DNA of 64,000 nt from Eledone cirrhosa. Lineage: Eukaryota. Under the pieces are notes generated by a model, which was not told the DNA's origin, did no database searches, and saw only the letters and a list, made by a program, of their open reading frames with translations. Numbering within the stretch: the first letter of the stretch is position 1; the number at the start of each line of letters is the position of its first letter. This document shows positions 11,754-25,810 of this stretch, piece by piece. The stretch is from NCBI GenBank assembly GCA_964016885.1, contig OZ024753.1:19902001-19966000 (forward strand), read 5' to 3'. Both the position numbers and the translations under genes were made by a program.

Positions 11754-14460
11754 TAATAACAGGTAGACATCATAAAAAGGTAATTTTTTTCTGTGTGCTT
11801 ACAAATGTTTGCACGGTGGTTGTACAGCCTAGTTATGCTATGTGCAAATTTATAACTATTTGCAAAACTCAATTATCAAATGCTGTGACCACTGTATCCT
11901 CGGAGCAGAATGGTTAAAATGTAAAATGTAAATACCCTTAAGTGAAGTTATTGGGAAGATAGAGTAGAAAAGAAAGAGAGAAAGAAGGGGAGAGGGAGAG
12001 AGAGAGATATGCAGGGGTTGGAGGAATAGGAGAGAGTGGTTTGTAGAATACAGATATCTTAATCAAAATGTTTTGGTAGGGGTTTTATTATACTGGTTAC
12101 TCTTAAAGCGACAACCTTAAGCGATGCGTTGATAGTTAAGGTTGGAATTATTTATTATCACAGAGGGCAGGTTCTTAGATGTGGAGAGGGAGGGAGGTGG
12201 TCCGAGGGCGAGAGAGAGAGGTGGGAATGGAGACGGAGGAAGAGATAGAGAGGGGACAGACGAAAGCTATGGGATGGGTGTACATTGAGTTCGTAGTTGT
12301 AGGCTTCAGATTGAACTAAGTATCCATTTATAGTGATAAGCAGGATATTGTCTTGTAGTGTGGGGGTGGGCGATATAGTTAGGAAGTTGTTATTCAGAGA
12401 AAGTAGTTAGCGAGAAAGCAATGTTATAGTTATGGGTTCGAATGTTAAGTTATTTTATAGTGAGAGAATTTAACCTTCAGTTTGTGGTTGCAGTTCGATT
12501 CTGTCATTTAGTATTTTATTTTTGGATTTTAAGATGTAAAAGAGTTCAAGGTTACACAATTTGCAGTACTTCAATCCACTCCGATATGCACTGGCGCTGG
12601 AAAGTATATCCCATTTCAAGGTGAACTGTTGGTTGCGTTCACGGAGTTGCCAGGTCTTGTTGGCGAGCGTAGTCACAAAACGGTGATTAGGATGTTTAAT
12701 TGAGAATCGTTGACGATACCAGCGAGATTTAAAGGAGGTAGTGGTAGACCCGATGTAATACAATTTCTGGTCGTTCGATTCAACCGTGCATTAATAAACA
12801 ATGTTGGATTTTAGGCATTTATTCTTCAATGGACATCTTTCAGGTAGGTGGCAGTTACAGTTTTTATTGTGGGTAGCAGGTATACCATGGATAGTTTGGA
12901 ATAACAGTACATGTGGGTTGTGTAATACCCATCTCCCATTTAGTGGTTGGGAGGCAGATATTACGTTCTGCCCACCTGTTATCAAAATATTTTGTTTTGT
13001 AGTGTTGTTTAATTGCTTTAAGATAAGTTTTTTTATTTATGCTTCAAGGTTTGGTGCCGTGGAGTATGATAGCTTAATAATCTTAGAGTTCAGAATTTTA
13101 CTGTATTTATGGGAACTAGGGAAATGCTTGTTGATTAACTTAAAGAATGAAAGAGATACTTGTGTACTAATCGAAGCATTGAAAATGGGATTATACCAGA
13201 TATACTTTCTACAACGTGATTTATTTGGTGATGATTTTCTATTATTAGTATGTCTGGTGGTAGTGCGTGTGTGCGCTTGTATTTCTGTACCCCAGTTACG
13301 TATTCTTTCATTTTGTGTAGAGCTATGTGTGTTATGGATATTCTTATCAATGCATTCTATTGTATCCCGGTGGTCGGCATTCCTTAATGCATTATTAAAG
13401 TATTCAGCATGTTCACTGAAAATCTCATAATTAGAAGATAGACAAGAGATTCTAAGAGAAATACTACGGGGAACCGAATTGATCATGGAGACTGGGTGGT
13501 TTGAGTTAATATTGAGATAGGTAAGGTTCTCATTTATCTTGTGGAAGAGTTACGTCTAGAAAATTTACTACTTTAAGATTTTATTCGTGCGTTATTTTTA
13601 GACCCAGTTCACTAAAAGATTTTCTAATGTTTTTCCGTAGCCTTTCAAGATTTTGGTTATTTAAGTTATTAACTAATAAGAGCCCGTCATCTCTATATAT
13701 TCCCCCTTACTAAATTGTCCATGTAGTACGTGGGCTATGTAAATTCCAACAAGATCGGTGACCTCCGCTGAGTCGTTGGATCCCATGGTAATGTCAAAGT
13801 TTGTGGGTCTGTCCTTACGTTCCCAGTAGCAGTTATCAAACTTGATAATAGTTTTCCTAGCCTCTAGAATAATATTAATTTCGTCCTCTGTTATGTCGGA
13901 ATTGAATTTGGCAAACGATAGGGGCTTACGTAAAGTGCTGGGTGAGATTGAAGAGTAGTATTCGTCTATGTCAAATTGTATAAACTTAGACTCATTTTTG
14001 TTCTTAACGTTATTAATCCAGAGAATTGCTTCGCTAGTGTTGCCCCATAATTTAATTTCTATTTTCTTTTTCAATTGAGTTATTACTCTGTCAAGTATAT
14101 GTTTGATAATTTTTCCTATGTCTGATTTAGAAGGGCATATAAGTCTAATATTAGGGTTAGAGTCAAAATTAACCATTCTGCTCTGAGGATACAGTGGTCA
14201 CAACATTTGATAATTGAGTTTTGCAAATAGTTATAAATTTGCACATAGCATAACTAGGCTGTATAACCACCGTGGAAACATTTGTAAGAACACAGAATAA
14301 ATTAGCTTTTTTATGATGTCTACCTGTTATTATTGATTCTTTATCTACACTCCGGAATACAGAAGGATCGGGAACTGAGTTTCTTCAACTATTCTTCCAG
14401 AACTCGTTGAGTAACCACTCACCGTACGTCAACTCTATCCAGTGTAGTAATTAACCATTA
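11751..14460 (-). mobile_element. Decayed Penelope-like element (RT plus GIY-YIG) flanked by inverted pLTRs
   Basis: RT fragments FIQFDIDEYY, ITMGS, IWYNPIFN; C-x-C..CPL..KC linker; YYIGST..FKSR and CKLCNLE; inverted terminal repeats 11751-11918 and 14169-14333, tail follows. Confidence 0.9.
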
Positions 14461-14547
14461 CTGCATCCAGGATAATCCTATACCTAATAATCGCCTCCTG
14501 CTCAGTTGAACAACCACACCGACATACGGCAGTAATATGGAAAGACA

Positions 14548-14942
14548 TCATATAGGTATGTCACTTAAAAACATACCTATACCTAACAAAAGGGAATACA
14601 TGTGAGTGTTGTGGATCTTCTCTTTCCCCTCGTGTATTTGCTGTGCAATTTCGCTCGTGTTGGTGATGTGGGTTTGCATAGCCTTGATGTAGTTCGGCAT
14701 GCTGTCTAGTGACATCCTACCAGACTTATCCGAGGGTAGACATACTAACTCACCATCCCTTCTGCGCTGCTTGAGGCTAACTAAGCCTTCTACAGGTTTC
14801 CTTCCAAGTTGTTGGACGTCGGGTATGCTTTGTATATCGGTCAACAATTTGTCTAATCTTATTTCTAGCTATGATGAACTGTGCCTCTGTCTCGTCAACT
14901 ATTTGTTGTGGTATACAAACCCTTTTATTAAAAGTTAACCTT
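14548..14942 (-). mobile_element. PLE ORF fragment (N-terminal to RT)
   Basis: CLPSDKSGRMSLDSMPNYI matches CFPTDKSGRMSVDSLPNYI at 34135-34494. Confidence 0.85.
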
Positions 14943-14981
14943 GCAGGATAAAAATTACTCATATATGTGTGTGTGTGTGTC

Positions 14982-15089
<108 letters not shown>

Positions 15090-15171
15090 TGTATATGTAT
15101 GTATATATATATGTATCTATGTATATGTATATATATATATGTATATATATATATATGTATGTATGTATATG

Positions 15172-15215
<44 letters not shown>

Positions 15216-15218
<3 letters not shown>

Positions 15219-15323
15219 CGTTTCTGAATGTGTTTAGCAAGTTTTTTATCTGAAATCGTATCTTGAAACCGATATTGTTATACTTTGGGAGAGTCATGTT
15301 GCAACATGTCCCTCCCAAAGTAT

Positions 15324-15330
<7 letters not shown>
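15216..15330 (-). mobile_element. Minimal foldback end of the 31842 PLE family
   Basis: Tail matches 31842-31900 with a few substitutions, then hairpin tattgttatactttgggagagtcatgttgcaacatgtccctcccaaagtataacaata. Confidence 0.85.
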
Positions 15331-15394
<64 letters not shown>

Positions 15395-15512
15395 TATGTA
15401 TGTATGTATATGTATATAATAAATGTTTGCTCTACGGTTTTTATATATTTGATATATATATATCCTTATCGAGCCGTCTTTGGATTTTAGTCTTCAAATT
15501 TATTATTATTAC

Positions 15513-15543
<31 letters not shown>

Positions 15544-15649
15544 TGCGTAACGAAAAACTTAAAAATTCAAACTACTACATCAATACTATTGTTAATGATA
15601 AATAAATAAAGGAAGGGAGACAGATGGAAATATATATATATATATATAT

Positions 15650-16222
15650 ATAAAACACGTAAAATAAGAAAATTTTAGAAACATTTTTAAAAATTAACTT
15701 ACTTACTAAAATGTTCACTCCAACTAATTAGTTTCTGCAATGGGATAAAGACAGTTACGTAATAAACTGTTGAGAATTTCATTGCGTCATCAGGGAGGTC
15801 TATTCCCAGTTAAGTCGTCAAAAGATGGATTCTAAAGAATCAATCACGTGACACTGAGGCTAGTCGGTAGGAGTGGGATGGTAAGATGACAGAAGCCTAC
15901 TAACACACCAAAAAATTTAGTAGTGGTTTTCGCAGGTTTGCTCGACAAAGTGATTTGGAGATAAATATAGAGAATTTAGTATATCATATGCGTGAAGATG
16001 TACGCTAATGTCAGCAAATACACAGGTTATGTCGTAGTACCTAGGTGGTTCAATGCAGGAGGATGCAGAACAATAATATAAAAGACGTAAAATAAGAAAA
16101 TTTTAAAAAAATGTTAAAACATTATATTATTGTTCTGCATCCTCCTGCATTGAACCACCTAGGTACTATGACATAAGCTGTGTATTTGCTGACATTAGCG
16201 TACATCTGCACGCATATGTTAG
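15650..16222 (-). mobile_element. Hammerhead-bearing non-coding element with direct terminal repeat and inverted arm
   Basis: Terminal segment repeated at 15652, 16079 and 16686; inverted repeat 15986-16080 / 16123-16218. Confidence 0.75.
15718..15797 (-). ncRNA. Type I hammerhead ribozyme motif (truncated copy at 16762-16837)
   Basis: ctcc-CTGATGA-c-gcaatg/cattgc-a-GAAAC-taatta-GTT-ggag. Confidence 0.85.
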
Positions 16223-16232
16223 TAGATATATA

Positions 16233-16330
<98 letters not shown>

Positions 16331-16416
16331 CCATATATATATAGTAGTTTCCATATATATGTAGTAGTTTGAATGTTTAAGTTTTTCGTTACGCATACAT
16401 TTTATATTTCTTATTG

Positions 16417-16520
16417 GTCTCTGAGGAAATGGTTCAATTTACATGTATTGTAGGTTGATTTTTAGTTCTCCAGTACTTAGCAATTTATAAACAATTCTAC
16501 TATGGAAACAATTGTAAGAC
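16417..16520 (+). ncRNA. Type I hammerhead ribozyme motif with long stem II insert
   Basis: gtct-CTGAGGA-..atgg/ctat..-GAAAC-aatt-GTA-agac. Confidence 0.75.
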
Positions 16521-16618
16521 TATAAATAAATTACCTTGTGTGTTTTGCCAACCATGTTATTCTTAACTTTAATACATATATATATACTCGTATATATATA
16601 TACTCGTTTATATATACA

Positions 16619-16693
<75 letters not shown>

Positions 16694-16851
16694 CGTAAGA
16701 TAAGAAAATATTTTTTAAAAAATTTTTAAAAAGATTTTTTACTTACTTACTTAAATTTTCACTCCAACTAATTAGTTTCTGCAATGGGATAAAGACAGTT
16801 ACGTAATCCAACTGTCGAGAATTCATTGCGTCATCAGTATATATATATGAG

Positions 16852-17039
16852 AAAGTATGACCCCGACGGCAGAGCTCAAGCCGTTTTGACGGCTATTTCA
16901 GTCCAGAAATAGCCGTCGATACGGCTTGAGCTCTGCCGTCGGGGTCATACTTTATCCCATTACCCACTCTACTAACCTAAGTATTGAGTACGCTGGTGCG
17001 TTATGGTCCATCTGGTTCCTTACCACAACTCCTTTATTA
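16852..17039 (+). mobile_element. Short GC-rich foldback element, family C
   Basis: ccccgacggcagagctcaagccgt...acggcttgagctctgccgtcgggg plus tail; further copies at 21751, 28678, 51064, partial at 25070. Confidence 0.88.
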
Positions 17040-17049
17040 TATATATATA

Positions 17050-17307
17050 CACACACAGAAACAAGATGGCGTAGGACAGAACAAAAGAGAGGCACACAAA
17101 CAAAGAAAAGAATCCCCAGTCACTGAAAAGGTCACAGAATGAGTGACGAAAGAACTTTGACAAAATATAAACAACCATCTGGTTGTGGAACCAACCAACC
17201 AACCGGACATTTATAAATTCCTAAATTTATAAATTTAATATTATAAATTGAAGTGAAAGTGACTGGTGCGTGTGTTTCTTATTGGCAACATGACCCTCCC
17301 AAAGTAT

Positions 17308-17313
<6 letters not shown>
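17050..17313 (+). mobile_element. Solo pLTR of the 31842 PLE family (hammerhead 17119-17161, core mutated)
   Basis: Matches 36500-36770. Confidence 0.88.
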
Positions 17314-17387
<74 letters not shown>

Positions 17388-17395
<8 letters not shown>

Positions 17396-17627
17396 GAACC
17401 TACAAGAGAGATAAACACAAATATAAACATACATGTGTTCCAATTTTAAAGGACCAAGTTTGCTATGTTGAAAAAATACTAACTCTAACAATATGGTTTG
17501 CCAGACAGGTATGTTTATATTTGTGGCTATCTCTCTTGTGTGTTCAATTATATTACATGGCTCAGAAAAACATCTTTCTTAGAGCTATTTAATTGTAAGA
17601 GACTATCTTGAGTTTCTAACTCAGTAT

Positions 17628-17630
<3 letters not shown>
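17388..17630 (+). mobile_element. Degenerate foldback with tail in (TA)n
   Basis: Arms about 17388-17438 and 17505-17552. Confidence 0.6.
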
Positions 17631-17669
<39 letters not shown>

Positions 17670-18123
17670 TGAACAATGTTATCTTACTAAAGTAGACATT
17701 AAACGGAGACGCTAGATTTTATAGCTCACAAACAAATGAATGTTCTCGTAAAATCGAAGTATAGTGATTCGGACGATATTTATATTTCGGTGTATCGATA
17801 TCAACAAAATATTTAATCGATGATTAAAAAATTCTGCACCTTTTACCAAATTATCAACATAACAACAATAATAATTATGAGATATAAAATAAATAATTAC
17901 CTTATCACAAAACAATATCATCTTCCGAAATACAGATTATATTTTTTTCATTTCCTGGTCGACTTTCGATTTAATTGGTGTTGAAAGTCAAATAACAAAC
18001 AATATTACAGTTTTGATAGAAACGTTAAGAGATAGATCTGGTTTATATAAAACAATTGACCTGTGTCTGCACACGTACAAATGAATCAGTATTTTATATT
18101 TTATCTTACACTTCAAGAAATAT

Positions 18124-18500
18124 ATGAATGTATGTGTGTATGTATGTTTGTATGTATATATATGTATGTTTGCTTGTATGTGGGTATGTATGTGTGTGTA
18201 TGCGTGTATGTGTGTATCTGTGTATGTATCTGTGTATGTGTGTGAGTGTGTATGTATGTGTGCATGTGTGTGTATGTATGTGTGTGCATGTATGCGTGCA
18301 TGTATGTATGTATGTACGTGTGTGTATGTATCCGTGTATGTGTGTATGTATGGGTGTATGTCTGTATGTATATGTGTATGTATGTATGTGTGTATTTATG
18401 CGTGAATGTGTGTATGTATATGTGTATGTATCCGTGTATGTATGCATGTGAGTATGCATGTGTGTGTGTATCTATGTATGTATGTACGTATGTATGTATG
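18124..18500. repeat. (TATG)n/(TG)n microsatellite
   Basis: Direct reading. Confidence 0.95.
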
Positions 18501-20192
18501 TTCTTCTGGTTTTATAATTTCACAAGTTTTTCCCAATAGAGAGAGAGTCGCTTTCTAACATAGACACAAGACTCTCTCATTGGAATTTCCACAACATCAA
18601 CTAGGTAGATATGTGTGCATACATGTGTAGATATGGATGTTATTGTATGTGTGGGTGAGTATGTTTTCAGTCGTATGTGTGCATGTGTATATGCTTTGTA
18701 TCTGCACATGTGTATATTCAGTTATTAGATGCAACATTTTTGGAATGTTTTACATAATTTTACTGTTCCATTAATTGATTGTACTTTTAATTTCCTAACT
18801 AGTTGTGTTCTGCCTGTTCCTGTGAAGCCTAGCTTCTTAGGATTTGTATTGAGGTAGTTACAGACATACCACAGTGTCCCAATAATCACAGGCATAAATC
18901 TGAAGGTGTAATCAGGGTGGAGTATCTGCAGATTTCTCATCAGTTCTGCATAAATATTCTCCTTTTCGCTTATCTTTGATATTATATTGGCATCTGCTGG
19001 TCAACTAATTTCCACTACCGTGCATACTTTCTTCTCCCGGTCCCATATCATAATATCTGGTCTGTTATGCCTGCATTCTATTGGAGTTTTTACTGGAACA
19101 TTCCACAAGTACTCTTTTATATTATGTATATGGATGTCTTCCACATTACTGTAGCTTTTAATGTGTTTATTATCGGGGCTATCTTTCCTATGGATCGCAT
19201 TTTACAGTGTTTGTGCCACTACATCATGCCTGATAGGTAGATAGTACCGCAATGACATCTTTGGACAGCCGCTGATGATATGTGTGACATTTTCGATGTT
19301 AATTCTGCAGAGTCTGCAATTGTTATCACATCTAGTAGTTTTGCCTGATTCAATATATATTTCGTAATTCAGGTATTTCGTGTTAATTTCCTGTTCTTGG
19401 ATTACAAAAGCGTATCCTTCAAAGTGGGAGACAATATAGCGGTTGTTGGTCCAAGATAGACTACTTTCCTTATCTATATTACTCTCACTCTGGAGCTTCC
19501 AGGCAACATATCGATGTGTCATTTTTTGCTGATAAGCATGCAGTTTTTCATCCATGGATTCACTGCGATACTACTGAGCGAATTCCCTGGGTGTCAGTTT
19601 TTGATTATCACACAGGGAATATCTCTCGAGGAGTTCCTTCCCAACTCTCATGATCTTATCTGTTTCATGCAGATAGACTTGCTCGAGAGACAGGCTCCTA
19701 CGCTTACGTTTCAAGTAAAGGCGGTCTATGTCACTGTTGATGTAGAGGTTTCCTGTATTGTTTAGTATTTTTCGAGTTCCAACATCAACGGATGGGATTT
19801 CGTCTATCGTCCAATTGAGTATTCCAAACGTTGGTGTTAGGACAGGCACAGCAAACACATTGTGAGCCACTGTTTTGTTTTGCGCAAAGAGTTCCGATGA
19901 CCAAATCTTTCTTAATCAGGTGTAGTATTCTCTGGTTACGCGTTCCCTATTAAAGATACCATTATAGGATATTTTCTCATCTATCCCCAGCTATCTGTAG
20001 CAGTCTTCATCAAATATCGGTGAAACAGTTAGGCCATTGATGACAATGTTGCTAGAATGGGTTGTCATATATGAGCAATTATCTTGGCCAAACGGCATTT
20101 CTATATCCTTTGAAAACGTTGTAACTAGGTCAACATTGTTCTTCATCCCATCCTTGTTCTTGGCATAGAGTTCCACATCATCCACGAAGAAA
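18500..20192 (-). mobile_element. 5'-truncated R4/Dong-like non-LTR retrotransposon (RT, CCHC, restriction-like endonuclease)
   Basis: DDVELYAK; NVFAVPVLTPTFGILNWT; CRLC..ENVTHIISGC..RHD; RPDI..WD..VEI; PVIIG; stops and frameshifts. Confidence 0.88.
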
Positions 20193-20504
20193 TGTATGTG
20201 AGTATGTATGTATTAATGTAGGGTCACTCTTGAGTGCTACTGGTAATATGTAACCAAGTACAACCTGTCGCATGATCGGATTGTCGGGGACTAAACCGAC
20301 AACCCTACCATGTTTACTTAGTGAGGTGGGTGATTTGTGACACCTTGCAGGACAAAAAACAAAACCTGACAAAGGGCGGAAGAACAGCCATCCAAAAATG
20401 TATAAATATGTATATACGTGTATGCATGTGTATATATGTATAACTATATATGTATATGTAATAATAGTAATAAACGCAACATATAACGTTATAACATCTC
20501 TATT

Positions 20505-20582
20505 TATTTCATTATATATATTTCGGGGATAGAAACATTTATGTTTAACATAAATCAGAACATGTCTTCTTCAGATAAAATA
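20505..20582 (-). ncRNA. Hammerhead motif related to the 6897 family
   Basis: tattttat-CTGAAGA-...-GAAA-tatata-TA-atgaaata; stem II degenerate. Confidence 0.65.
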
Positions 20583-20695
20583 CACATGAGATGTATAAAA
20601 TGTTTGATTTTATACTCCGTTGATTACATATCAACCAAGTCTTTAACTCAATGTTATATATATATATACATGGATGCCTGTGTATGTATATGCAC

Positions 20696-21243
20696 AAGGA
20701 CATAGAAATAATCGGGCTGGATACCCGATCGCGCGTAAACCACTGGGAGTGAAGGACCCCTAGCCTTTGTCAGGGCATTCTTCTAGGAGATGGCAACTCA
20801 GGAAACTGGGATAACTCCGACATAAAACCTGCAGCTCTGTAGTTACCGATGATGTTGATCTTTTCTTCTTTTCGGATTATAGCTGTTGTCGCCGAGAGAG
20901 TGGGATTGGCTCAATGCACAGTCTTCCCTCACTTAAAAAACTCTTCATCCACAGGCATTACATGATGGGATTAATTAATAATTATTAATAATTGTTTCTA
21001 CTTTTTGGCACAAGGCCAAAAATTACCCAGTACATTACGGGTACTTTATTTTATCGACCCTATAAGGATGAAAGGCAAAGTTAACCACGGTGGGATTTGA
21101 ACTCAAATCATAAAGGGACATAACTATGCTAGAAAGCATGGCGTCTGAGCCTCTACCGATACTGCCAATTCACCATATTGATAATTATTAATAATGTTAT
21201 ATCGTGCAATGGCCATAGTTGATAACGAGGGGGCAGCCATCAT
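20696..21243 (+). mobile_element. Short non-autonomous RTE-type retroposon, interrupted by a SINE
   Basis: Same family as 3690-4230. Confidence 0.75.
20990..21175 (-). mobile_element. SINE (main family)
   Basis: Full-length reverse copy; TSD ataattattaataat. Confidence 0.92.
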
Positions 21244-21584
21244 GTGTATATGTAATTATACATATTTGTATGTACATACATATATATTTCCTTTATTCAC
21301 GCTCATACATACTCCTGCTCTCAGTGAAATTACTGCTATCACGCGAGGCTGTCTCTTCTGTTTCCAACTCTGTCATTGATAGGCAAAGGACAAGGACTTA
21401 GTTAAAGTTGAAATATGTAGTATCACAGCAAATACATATGGTGACGGCGTTTCAGGAACTGTAAAGGAATTATTAAAATGCTGTGATTACAGGATTCACT
21501 GTGCAACATCAATATAGCTACTGGAAACTACACATCAAGTGGTCACTTTGGCGAATCAACAGTAACTGAACGTTACAATCGATA

Positions 21585-21620
<36 letters not shown>

Positions 21621-21636
21621 TAAAATAACAGCTTAA

Positions 21637-21687
21637 AGTTTAAGCAAAGAATCGCTGCTTTCACCCTTAACGGGATCTTCTGAAACT
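21637..21687 (-). ncRNA. Hammerhead-like motif with variant core CAGAAGA (family B)
   Basis: agttt-CAGAAGA-tccc-gttaa-gggt-GAAAGCA-gcgattctt-TGCTT-aaact. Confidence 0.7.
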
Positions 21688-21750
21688 AACAAAGTCAATC
21701 TGTAAACGCAGAACTGGATATTTCAATATATATATATATATATATATATA

Positions 21751-21967
21751 TAACGGAGGAGGTGTCGTATGGAACCAGGTGGACAATAACGCACCAGAGT
21801 ACTCGATACTTAGGGTAGTAGAGTGGGTAATAGGAAAATGTTTAACCCCGACGGCAGAGCTCAAGCCGTTTCGACGGCTATTTCTGGACTCATGTGGACT
21901 ATATGTGTCCAAAAATAGCCGTCGAAACGGCTTGAGCTCTGCCGTCGGGGTGAAACATTTTCCTATA
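21751..21967 (-). mobile_element. Foldback element, family C
   Basis: Arms about 21830-21890 and 21907-21966; tail on the left. Confidence 0.88.
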
Positions 21968-22643
21968 CATATATATATACAAATATAATTCAGCGAGAAT
22001 CGTATTTCGGCTGGTAGAAAAAGCGAAACGAAACGCAAAATCGTAGAAATACTGGCAAGCGCTCCAATAGTTTTTTAAAAATCAGAGATAAACAATATGT
22101 TAAAACGCCATACAAACTGAAAAAGTGGTTAAGAAGGCATTAACCACCTAAACCAAAAAACAAATCAAGCTAAACAGGTCAAACAAAATAAATGGTAAAT
22201 GATATATATACACATCGATTATGTTAGACTCTTAATGGGTAGAACAGGAGGTTCGGGTTGGTAAACGATGATACAACAAATTAATTAAAGCACTCAACAT
22301 TTGAGATTCATGCATTGTAGATGTGGTATCCAGTGAGGCGACTGACACAAAAACATTCCTGTTAGAAGGTAGGCAAGTTCATTTCAGGATTACACCACTC
22401 CATCCCACTTCGGTATTCATTTTGTTTTCCCGCAGAGTAGACTGGGGCAATATGAAACGATATCTGCCTCAATTACGGAACATGGCACCCGATCTGGGAT
22501 TTGAACTGATGGATGTTTGTGTCAAATCAAATGAGAGAATCGTTAGTTCCTCCGATTAAAATGCCTTTTTTTCGACTCTCAGATCCAAACCCACTGAAAA
22601 TAGATTAGCACTAGTGGGGTCGTTTCTTTCTCTCTCACTCTCG

Positions 22644-22719
<76 letters not shown>

Positions 22720-23759
22720 ATCTCTCTCTCTCTCTCTGTTTTTGTCTCTGGAGGAAATCGGCTATGTTCCGCCTTGAGAGCTTTGGGTTAAGCCAGATTT
22801 AAATTCCTATAAGATGCCAAGTGCCAGGAGGGTGTTAGTATGACTATCAGGATTTCCGAGCCCCAACTCCCTAAAATGTGACAGTTGATTTGAAGGGCTT
22901 ACAATGCATGTTTCATCTAAATTACACTCACAAGTCTGTTGTCTACATGACGATTTAGTTGATCAAATATTTTTGCCCAAACTCACAACCTGTGACCAAG
23001 GTTTGTGACCAAGTTGTTAAGGTAGCCCCTCAGTATATCACAGATAGTTGATTTACATGCTCGAATGCTACACGAAATCAGTGAGACGATATAATTCTAT
23101 GTCCGGCAAAATACAAAAGTAAATTGTGAACCATTTATAAAATATTGCGCGAGCATTAGACAAGAAAACTATTAAATATTTGTTCAAGATTATCATTTGA
23201 GATAAAAATAATTGAATGTGATATGTGAGATGATTTTCTTATCTAACCTTTGAGATTAAATTTTCTACGTAATACATTCGCTCTTAATGGAAAGAGGAAA
23301 GAAATGTGCTACATATCAGAATATTTTCTGTGTAGATGTTAATTGGAAAACAAAGTGCCATAAAAATCAGAAATAATAATTTTTCTTTTATTATTTTCGT
23401 TTATGTCTTTTTTTTTCTTCAATTTATTATTTATCTGACATGAAACATAAATTCGAAATTTTGAATTCACACATTTGATAAGATCAATAGATTCTATCAT
23501 AAACAAATAATTGATATCGATGGCCTATATTTTCTTTTATTTTTCCTGTTATTTCATTTTCTTTATTTTTATTTTTATTTTTATATTTATTACTCTCTAC
23601 TTTCTCTTTTTCTATCAATTCCATCAGTTGCCAAGAAAACGATCTCAGTCATTTAAAATAAATTATACGAAAACAGTTGTTATATATATATGTATATATA
23701 CATACAAATATATATATATATATATATGTGCGTGTGTGTGCGTGTGTGTGGTGTGTGTG

Positions 23760-23900
<141 letters not shown>

Positions 23901-23934
23901 TTATATATGTACATATGTATATATAAAATATGTA

Positions 23935-23980
<46 letters not shown>

Positions 23981-24147
23981 TACATATCATATGTATATAC
24001 GTACAAATATATATATATAGAGAGAGAGAGAAAGATAGAGATATAGAGAGGGAGAGAGAGACACATACATTTATATATGCATTCATATACATATTTATAT
24101 AGATATATACATGCATATTTATACATACATATATATACATACATACA

Positions 24148-24655
24148 TATGATGGCTGCAAACTCTGCTAAGAATATTGCAATTGTTTGTCAGATTACAG
24201 AAAATGGTGCACTTTTAGGCTACGGCTAGCCCCATGAACCTGTAACAGATCCTGAACAAGCTATGCCTGCGGTTTCAAGGTTTTTTAAGTGGGGAAAGGC
24301 CTTGAACTCGACCAATCGAACTCTATAAACATCGAAAACACTACCCGAAAAGGAGAACTGGTCAACATAATCGGATGTTTCCAAAGCCGCAGGTTTTTTT
24401 TTTTTTTCAGAGTTTCCCTCTCTTAGAAAGGTATTGTAGCAACAACTGGGAGCCTTTCACTCCCAGGTGAATAGAAAGGATAGCCGTTGACTCTGCTGAG
24501 TTCTCCCACCCTTTGACGGTTCTTGTATTTCATCTCGCAGGGTGTCAAAATATCACCCACCTCACCAAGCAAGCTTAGTGGAGGGGCCGTTTTAGTCACC
24601 GACGACCAGGACACAGGTTGTACATGTTACCAGTACAACTCGAGAACGACCTGAC
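24148..24655 (-). mobile_element. Non-autonomous RTE-type retroposon in (TACA)n
   Basis: 3' end matches the RTE 3' UTR at 41700-41745 (ttgcaatattcttagcagagtttgcagccatcat). Confidence 0.65.
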
Positions 24656-24689
24656 ATATATACATACATACATACACATACATACATTT

Positions 24690-24872
24690 TCGCAGAGGAT
24701 TGATTCAAAATCAACCATAGAAGTTATGGCGTGACTCCACTATCCATCTGCTCTTCAGATTAGCGAATTGACGAAACATTATATTTTTGTCACATCACGA
24801 GTCTGAAGAACAGATCGATAGCGGATTTGGTCCATAACTCCTATGGGTGACCTTGAGCCAACCCTCTGCCAA
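24690..24872. repeat. Degenerate inverted repeat, arms about 70 bp
   Basis: gcagagg..ccatagaagttatgg..tcttcaga mirrored by tctgaaga..ccataactcctatgg..cctctgc. Confidence 0.7.
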
Positions 24873-25027
24873 ACGTACGTAACAGGTCGACACAATAAAT
24901 ATTATATACATGTAAACGAAATGTCTCGTTTTTTTCTAATACATACACTCTAGCAGTGCATGGACTGCTTGCTTTGGTCCCAACACCAGCAATTCACTGA
25001 ACCACTAACACTATATATTTATATATA

Positions 25028-25070
<43 letters not shown>

Positions 25071-25259
25071 CAAAGAAAGTGTGCTTATATACATAACTCA
25101 CCAGAGTACTCGATACTTAGTGTAGTAGAGTGAGTAATAGGAAAAGAGTCAGGACCCCGATGGTCCAGCAAAAATTGAAAATTAGAATGGGTGCTCTGAA
25201 ATAGCGATGTATATATGAATGTATATATAGTGTATTTGGTAATACATTGTATGCTTAAT

Positions 25260-25810
25260 TAAAATTTGAAAACCTTACGGTATTGTTTTAAAGTAGTGAC
25301 TATGTCACTTACTTCTTTTTTCAAAAAACAAAGGGAGATAAGCCATATTTATTCTATTATATATAGTTCAAGGGTACCAAAACTTTGGTACGTTCTCATC
25401 AGATAAAATACACAACTTGTTTTACAAATATTGACATATCCAGGAATGAGACCTTAACGGTTCAAGTTTTACCTAGAATTATAAAAAAATACTATCGTCA
25501 ATAGTGTCCAGCAACGAATATCATAACGAATGTCAATTATTTTTTATAATAAGGCTGAATATTGCAATTAGGCTTTACATAGAGCAGGATACCCGAATAA
25601 AGTTAAATACTTAGACAACGATAACATGATAAATCATCCTCAAAATCATTATAATGAATATAAGCAATTCAACTTAAACAGTAAACCAAACAAAAAAAAC
25701 TAGAACAAATATTATTTGGTACTCTCCCCCATTCTAATTAGGCGTTAACACACCTGTAGCAAATCTATTTTTCAAAGCACTGGATAAGTGTTTTCCTAAA
25801 GCCCACAAAT
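25260..25810 (+). mobile_element. Decayed PLE: inverted pLTR plus RT C-terminal fragment
   Basis: Minus-strand tattttat-CTGATGA near 25395-25410; plus-strand LHRAGY..NIIWYSPPF..ALDKCFPK. Confidence 0.7.

Noticed and set aside
14178-14252. Hammerhead in the pLTR of the 11751 PLE (CTGAGGA)
   Set aside because: No correctly placed GAAA or NUH could be found
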